The position numbers were made by a program, and so were the translations under genes. The notes under the pieces are model-generated. The model worked only from the letters and a program-made list of their open reading frames with translations, was not told the origin of the DNA and did no database searches. A stretch of 64,000 nt of DNA from Octopus sinensis (lineage: Eukaryota): positions 25,730,001 through 25,794,000 of the forward strand of contig NC_043001.1 of the NCBI RefSeq assembly GCF_006345805.1, given 5' to 3'. Below are positions 61,340 through 64,000 of the stretch, piece by piece. How positions within the stretch are numbered: the first letter of the stretch is position 1; the number at the start of each line of letters is the position of its first letter.

Positions 61340-62439
61340 TGTGTCAATGTGTGCAGATGTGTGTTTGTATCATCATTAACATTTAGCATCCACATTCCAC
61401 AGAGGCATGGGTTTGACAGTTTAACAGTGGACCATGTTGAGCTCCAATGTCTACTTTGGTATGGTTTCTACAGATGGATGCCCTTTCAAATGCCAACCAC
61501 TTTACAGAGTGTAGTGGATGCATTTTTGAGTCACCACACTAGTGAAGCAACCAAGTAGCTTGTAAGACCAGACTCGTATAAGTGTGTGTTCTCTATTCTA
61601 AATTAAGGAAGGAGTTGGTTCTAGCAAAGATACAAAGCTCCATTGTTGGAATGTATGCATGTATTTATATGCACATATTACTGCTTACATAATAATGAAT
61701 ACACATGTGCATACACACACCTTTAAACATATAGCTAGACAAATTAAACAGTATTTTTAAAAGCTAATTTTGAGAACAATCCTACTCACTTCTTGAGAAT
61801 GTATGCTAATTTGTTGAACTTATTTTAAAATTGTTATTAAGACCCCCTTCGGTCAGACACTGACCATGGGTTTGCACCTAGAGAGTTACCCTCTGAGGCA
61901 CAAGTCTGGGCAAGGTTGTTTTTTTTTTAAATTTTTTTTTTATAGAAGACCAGCAGTCGCCCATGCATACCGGCCTCCTCTCTCCACGTCACCGATGTTG
62001 TCCAAGGGAAAGGCAAAGGCCGATACAGCTTGGCACCTGTGACGTCGCAACTCATTTCTACAGCTGAGTGAACTGGAGCAACGTGAAATAAAGTGTCTTG
62101 CTCAAGAACACAACACGCAGCCGGGATTCGAGCTCACAACCTCACGATCGTAAGCTCGACGCTCTAACCACTGAGCCATGCGCCTTTAAAATTGTATTCA
62201 TCAAAATTTGAAAGTATTTTACTTAAAAATTAGTTCTATTTTTATTTCTAAGGAAGAAATTAATTTTCAAAAAGCAAATGTATTAAGACCGTACTTACTT
62301 CATCCTCTTCTTTGATACCAAGCTTATTGGCATAGAGTCCATTAATTTGAAACTCCTTATCTTGATTTGTAGGGAGCTTGAAATGGCAACTGAAGAATGC
62401 TGTCTGCTCATTCTGCAGAATGGCCTTGAAAACTTGGAC
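24867..62439 (-). CDS. PEX1: Peroxisome biogenesis factor 1 (AAA ATPase), 19 exons in window (1156 aa), 5' exon outside the window
   Basis: Exons join in frame (3471 nt). D1 Walker A GATGSGKT and Walker B IVVLDDLD; D2 Walker A GAPGTGKT and Walker B IIFFDEFD; [13 protein letters not shown]; [20 protein letters not shown]-domain motif [12 protein letters not shown] is PEX1-specific. Several exon sizes (84, 115, 135, 65, 104 nt) match human PEX1 as recalled. Confidence 0.95.
25005..26670 (+). mobile_element. 5'-truncated RTE-clade LINE: RT C-terminus with PHD finger, repeat-containing 3' UTR, (GAT)n tail
   Basis: Open frame 25021-25914 with [31 protein letters not shown] and [10 protein letters not shown]. 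Confidence 0.92.
26090..26495 (+). repeat. Tandem repeat of about 63 bp inside the RTE 3' UTR
   Basis: About 6-7 units of GTGGCACATAAAAAACACCATCCGAGCGTGG... Confidence 0.9.
27480..27780 (+). mobile_element. RTE 3' UTR copy
   Basis: Same 3' UTR family. Confidence 0.8.
28850..29285 (+). mobile_element. RTE 3' UTR copy
   Basis: Same 3' UTR family. Confidence 0.8.
29787..30050 (+). mobile_element. CR1 LINE 3' end
   Basis: GHSEKL...[13 protein letters not shown]...FKVSLDHKW then stop; (TAAC)n tail. Confidence 0.8.
30209..30369 (-). CDS. PEX1: PEX1 exon 19
   Basis: VIRKK...[29 protein letters not shown]. Confidence 0.88.
30905..31705 (-). mobile_element. Tandem or nested cluster of SINE family A
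   Basis: Two tails and two heads in tandem. Confidence 0.8.
32220..32520 (-). mobile_element. Possible very degenerate Helitron Rep fragment
   Basis: [16 protein letters not shown] resembles the Helitron VHLEN motif; a Helitron-like 5' end TCTATATAAATAAAAGTG lies near 31864. Confidence 0.3.
32575..32870 (+). mobile_element. SINE family C
   Basis: tRNA-like head; inverse copy at about 51500-51781. Confidence 0.75.
33405..33743 (-). CDS. PEX1: PEX1 exon 18
   Basis: [10 protein letters not shown]...[15 protein letters not shown]...KVEKE. Confidence 0.92.
34780..35770 (+). mobile_element. Degenerate RTE LINE endonuclease region
   Basis: DFNGHIG and YGTRNKEG-like motifs with stops and frameshifts. 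Confidence 0.6.
35919..36022 (-). CDS. PEX1: PEX1 exon 17
   Basis: [35 protein letters not shown]. Confidence 0.95.
36791..36873 (-). CDS. PEX1: PEX1 exon 16
   Basis: [27 protein letters not shown]. Confidence 0.95.
37625..37990 (+). mobile_element. RTE 3' UTR copy
   Basis: Same 3' UTR family. Confidence 0.8.
38679..40068 (-). mobile_element. Second 5'-truncated copy of the same RTE LINE
   Basis: Same motifs in an open frame ending at 39224; same 3' UTR and tail. Confidence 0.92.
40251..40310 (-). CDS. PEX1: PEX1 exon 15 (D2 Walker B)
   Basis: [20 protein letters not shown]. Confidence 0.95.
40660..40724 (-). CDS. PEX1: PEX1 exon 14
   Basis: [22 protein letters not shown]. Confidence 0.95.
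41501..41635 (-). CDS. PEX1: PEX1 exon 13 (D2 Walker A)
   Basis: [27 protein letters not shown]...NFITVK. Confidence 0.95.
41707..42566. repeat. 22-bp CpG-rich minisatellite with a TGCGCATGCGCG core, in two blocks split by a MITE fragment
   Basis: Cores 22 bp apart (41847/41869, 41913/41935, 42039/42061, 42173/42195). Confidence 0.92.
42575..42875 (+). mobile_element. RTE 3' UTR copy
   Basis: Same 3' UTR family; abuts the 22-bp satellite. Confidence 0.8.
42932..43264 (-). mobile_element. SINE family B (tRNA head plus CORE-like domain)
   Basis: GGCGCATGGCTCAGTGATTAGAGCG head; TTCTTGAGCAAGACACTT core; GAAGGGGGTCT tail. Confidence 0.8.
44135..44343 (-). CDS. PEX1: PEX1 exon 12
   Basis: [12 protein letters not shown]...[23 protein letters not shown]. 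Confidence 0.92.
44448..44844 (+). mobile_element. SINE family A, full length
   Basis: Near-identical to 56884-57285. Confidence 0.85.
45961..46138 (-). CDS. PEX1: PEX1 exon 11
   Basis: [11 protein letters not shown]...[22 protein letters not shown]. Confidence 0.9.
46190..46460 (-). mobile_element. RTE 3' UTR copy
   Basis: Same 3' UTR family. Confidence 0.8.
46801..47172 (+). mobile_element. SINE-like family D, partial tandem duplication
   Basis: GGCGAGCTGGCAGAAAC...GACTTTGCCTTTCATCCTTT; other copies near 10625-10865, 14700-14840, 21915-22150, 24195-24400, 34190-34330 and 56520-56700. Confidence 0.75.
47475..47629 (-). CDS. PEX1: PEX1 exon 10
   Basis: [24 protein letters not shown]...IPYPEQ. 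Confidence 0.9.
48327..48485 (-). CDS. PEX1: PEX1 exon 9 (D1 Walker B)
   Basis: [13 protein letters not shown]. Confidence 0.92.
48781..49004 (-). CDS. PEX1: PEX1 exon 8 (D1 Walker A)
   Basis: [22 protein letters not shown]. Confidence 0.92.
49468..49687. mobile_element. piggyBac-like MITE, family 2
   Basis: TTAA-CCCTTTAGTATT...AATATTAAAGGG-TTAA; solo end near 24410-24435. Confidence 0.75.
50089..50314 (-). CDS. PEX1: PEX1 exon 7
   Basis: [10 protein letters not shown]...IKLSEIK; phases 1 and 2 fit the neighbouring exons. Confidence 0.85.
50631..50850. mobile_element. Mariner-type MITE
   Basis: Imperfect TIRs GAGGGGGTTGCTGAAAAGTTCCTGG / CCAGGAACTTTTCAGCACCCCCTT, flanked by TA. Confidence 0.75.
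50930..51080 (-). CDS. PEX1: PEX1 exon 6
   Basis: [25 protein letters not shown]... Confidence 0.85.
51500..51781 (-). mobile_element. SINE family C
   Basis: Reverse-complement match to 32575-32870. Confidence 0.75.
52734..53539 (-). CDS. PEX1: PEX1 exon 5
   Basis: 806-nt exon, [20 protein letters not shown]...KPIRVT. Confidence 0.9.
55002..55116 (-). CDS. PEX1: PEX1 exon 4
   Basis: [38 protein letters not shown]. Confidence 0.92.
56884..57285 (+). mobile_element. SINE family A, full length
   Basis: Near-identical to 44448-44844. Confidence 0.85.
60589..60672 (-). CDS. PEX1: PEX1 exon 3
   Basis: [28 protein letters not shown]. Confidence 0.92.
61005..61290 (-). mobile_element. RTE 3' UTR copy
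   Basis: Same 3' UTR family. Confidence 0.8.
61840..62184 (-). mobile_element. SINE family B
   Basis: Closely similar to 42932-43264; older variants near 2780-3080 and 54090-54360. Confidence 0.8.
62299..62439 (-). CDS. PEX1: PEX1 exon 2 (numbering assumes one upstream exon)
   Basis: [12 protein letters not shown]...[16 protein letters not shown]; AG/GT flanks; phase 0-0. Confidence 0.85.
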
Positions 62440-62683
62440 CTAAAAAATATTTAAACATTTAATATAATGTTTTTAAAGAATACTAGTAAAACATTGAATT
62501 AGAAGTTAATGTGAATCTTTAAAACCTTTGATACCAACTTGCTCAAAACTGATCCTGGTTCTATGTTACAGATTTCTTGTTTAAAGCGAGCTAAATTACA
62601 ATCTTCCGTCAAAATTATGATTTCTCAACAGCTGTTTCAGGAAGCTCAGAGTTATGTAATAATCATAATTTGCAGATGAAATG

Positions 62684-63419
62684 TCAAAACAAAAAATGGA
62701 ACAAGAACGTAACAGGTGACAACAAAACATTTGGACAGTTAGACGATACAAAAGAGGACAGGAAAAAACAAGGACGGGTCATTCGGAGCTTTCAATCATC
62801 AGTTGAGAAGCAGATTGTTTTTGCAGTTTCAGCCGGTTACTCTCGAGACTGCTCTAATCTAGCTGGCCCCAAGAAAATCTAAGCTAAGAGCACTAGATTC
62901 TTTGGAAGAAAGTAAGCGAATGTATATGAAAACAAAGACGTGACCGGTTTTTGGCCAAGCCTGACCTTTCTTTCTTGGTTCAACTACCATCTGTGTAGCA
63001 TCTCTTGTAATTCTTCCTACGGCTTTCATCTATGTTCCTGCCATAAGGCTTCACTTCCAATCACGCCAGCTTAATTTAATTCATCCTTAGTCGAAAGACA
63101 CCTGTTGTTAATGTCCTGTTCTTTGTATTTGTAATTGTGTACCATTTCTCCATTTTTTTCTCGTCCTTGTTCTTGTATATATCCGCTTGCTTTCTTCCAA
63201 AGAATCTAGAGATTTCTTAGCTTAGATTTTCTTGGGGCTGGCCAGATTAGAGCAATCTCAAGAGTAACCGGCTGAAACTGCAAAGACGATATGCTTCTCA
63301 ACTGATGACTGAAAGCTCTGAATGACCCATCCTCATTTTTTCCTGAATTTTTTGTATTGTCTAATTGCTCGAATGTTTTGTTGTCGCTTGTTACGTTCTT
63401 GTTTCATTTTTTGTTTTGA
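62684..63419. repeat. Inverted repeat, arms of about 260 bp and spacer of about 215 bp
   Basis: 62684-62943 pairs with 63158-63419; differences are mostly transitions. Confidence 0.85.
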
Positions 63420-63479
63420 TTTTTTATATATACATATGTACACTTTTGGTCTCCTATATATATATATATATATATATAT

Positions 63480-63770
63480 CATCATCATCATTATTTAACA
63501 TCCACTTTCCATGCTAGCATGGGTTGGACGGTTTGACTGGGGACTGGTGAGCCAGATGGCTGCACCAGGCTCCAATCTGATCTTGCAGAGTTTCTACAGC
63601 TGGATGCCCTTCCTAACGCCAACCACTCAGAGAGTGTAGTGGGTGCTTTTACGTGCCACCAGCACGAGGGCCAGTCAGGCGGTACTGGCAACGGTCACAC
63701 TCAAATGGTGTTTTTATGTGTCACCTGCACAGGAGCCAGTCCAGTGGCACTGGCAACGCCCTCACTCAAA
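63480..63770 (-). mobile_element. RTE 3' UTR copy
   Basis: Same 3' UTR family. Confidence 0.8.
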
Positions 63771-63784
63771 TTTGCACAGGTAAA

Positions 63785-64000
63785 TAAAACAATTAAGAAT
63801 ATGAAGACAGGGAAAGCCCTTGGCCCATCATGAATCACCGCTGAGATGATTAAAATATCTGGTGGGGTGTGTTATGGTGTAGTCATCCGTATTGTAAATC
63901 AAGTGGTTCATGAAGGAGTCATACCCAATGACTGCTACAAAGGTAAAGGTGATGCCATAGATAGAAATAATTACAGAGGTATCAAATTGTTGGATCAGGT
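63785..64000 (+). mobile_element. RTE LINE RT N-terminal fragment running off the window
   Basis: IKNMKTGKALGPS*ITAEMIK...YKGKGDAIDRNNYRGIKLL. Confidence 0.85.

Noticed and set aside
62110-62184. tRNA-like sequence (also at 43190-43264 and 32580-32650)
   Set aside because: A and B boxes are present but there is no acceptor stem; these are SINE heads

Overview
AT-rich, repeat-dense animal genomic DNA. The microsatellite and SINE/LINE repertoire suggests an octopus or other coleoid cephalopod, but this is inference. Two spliced genes converge tail to tail. NCOA4 (ARA70, the ferritinophagy receptor) is on + with 6 coding exons at 10995-18206, 555 aa. PEX1 (peroxisomal AAA ATPase) is on - with 19 coding exons at 62439-24867; its first exon lies beyond the window end. 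All exon phases were checked by hand and join in frame. The rest is mostly transposon-derived: RTE and CR1 LINE pieces, several tRNA-headed SINE families, Helitron and mariner remnants, piggyBac-like and mariner-like MITEs, and microsatellites. Main findings: (1) foldback elements carrying minimal type I hammerhead ribozymes of the Penelope/retrozyme kind, including a 1.5-kb palindrome with one ribozyme per arm; (2) a 22-bp CpG-rich minisatellite with 16 perfect NRF1 consensus palindromes beside a PEX1 exon; (3) a PHD finger inserted inside an RTE reverse transcriptase; (4) a mariner split into two pieces on either side of the first NCOA4 coding exon; (5) conserved Cx5Cx5Cx5C and repeated WL motifs in NCOA4. 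No database search or folding program was run, and TE boundaries are approximate.
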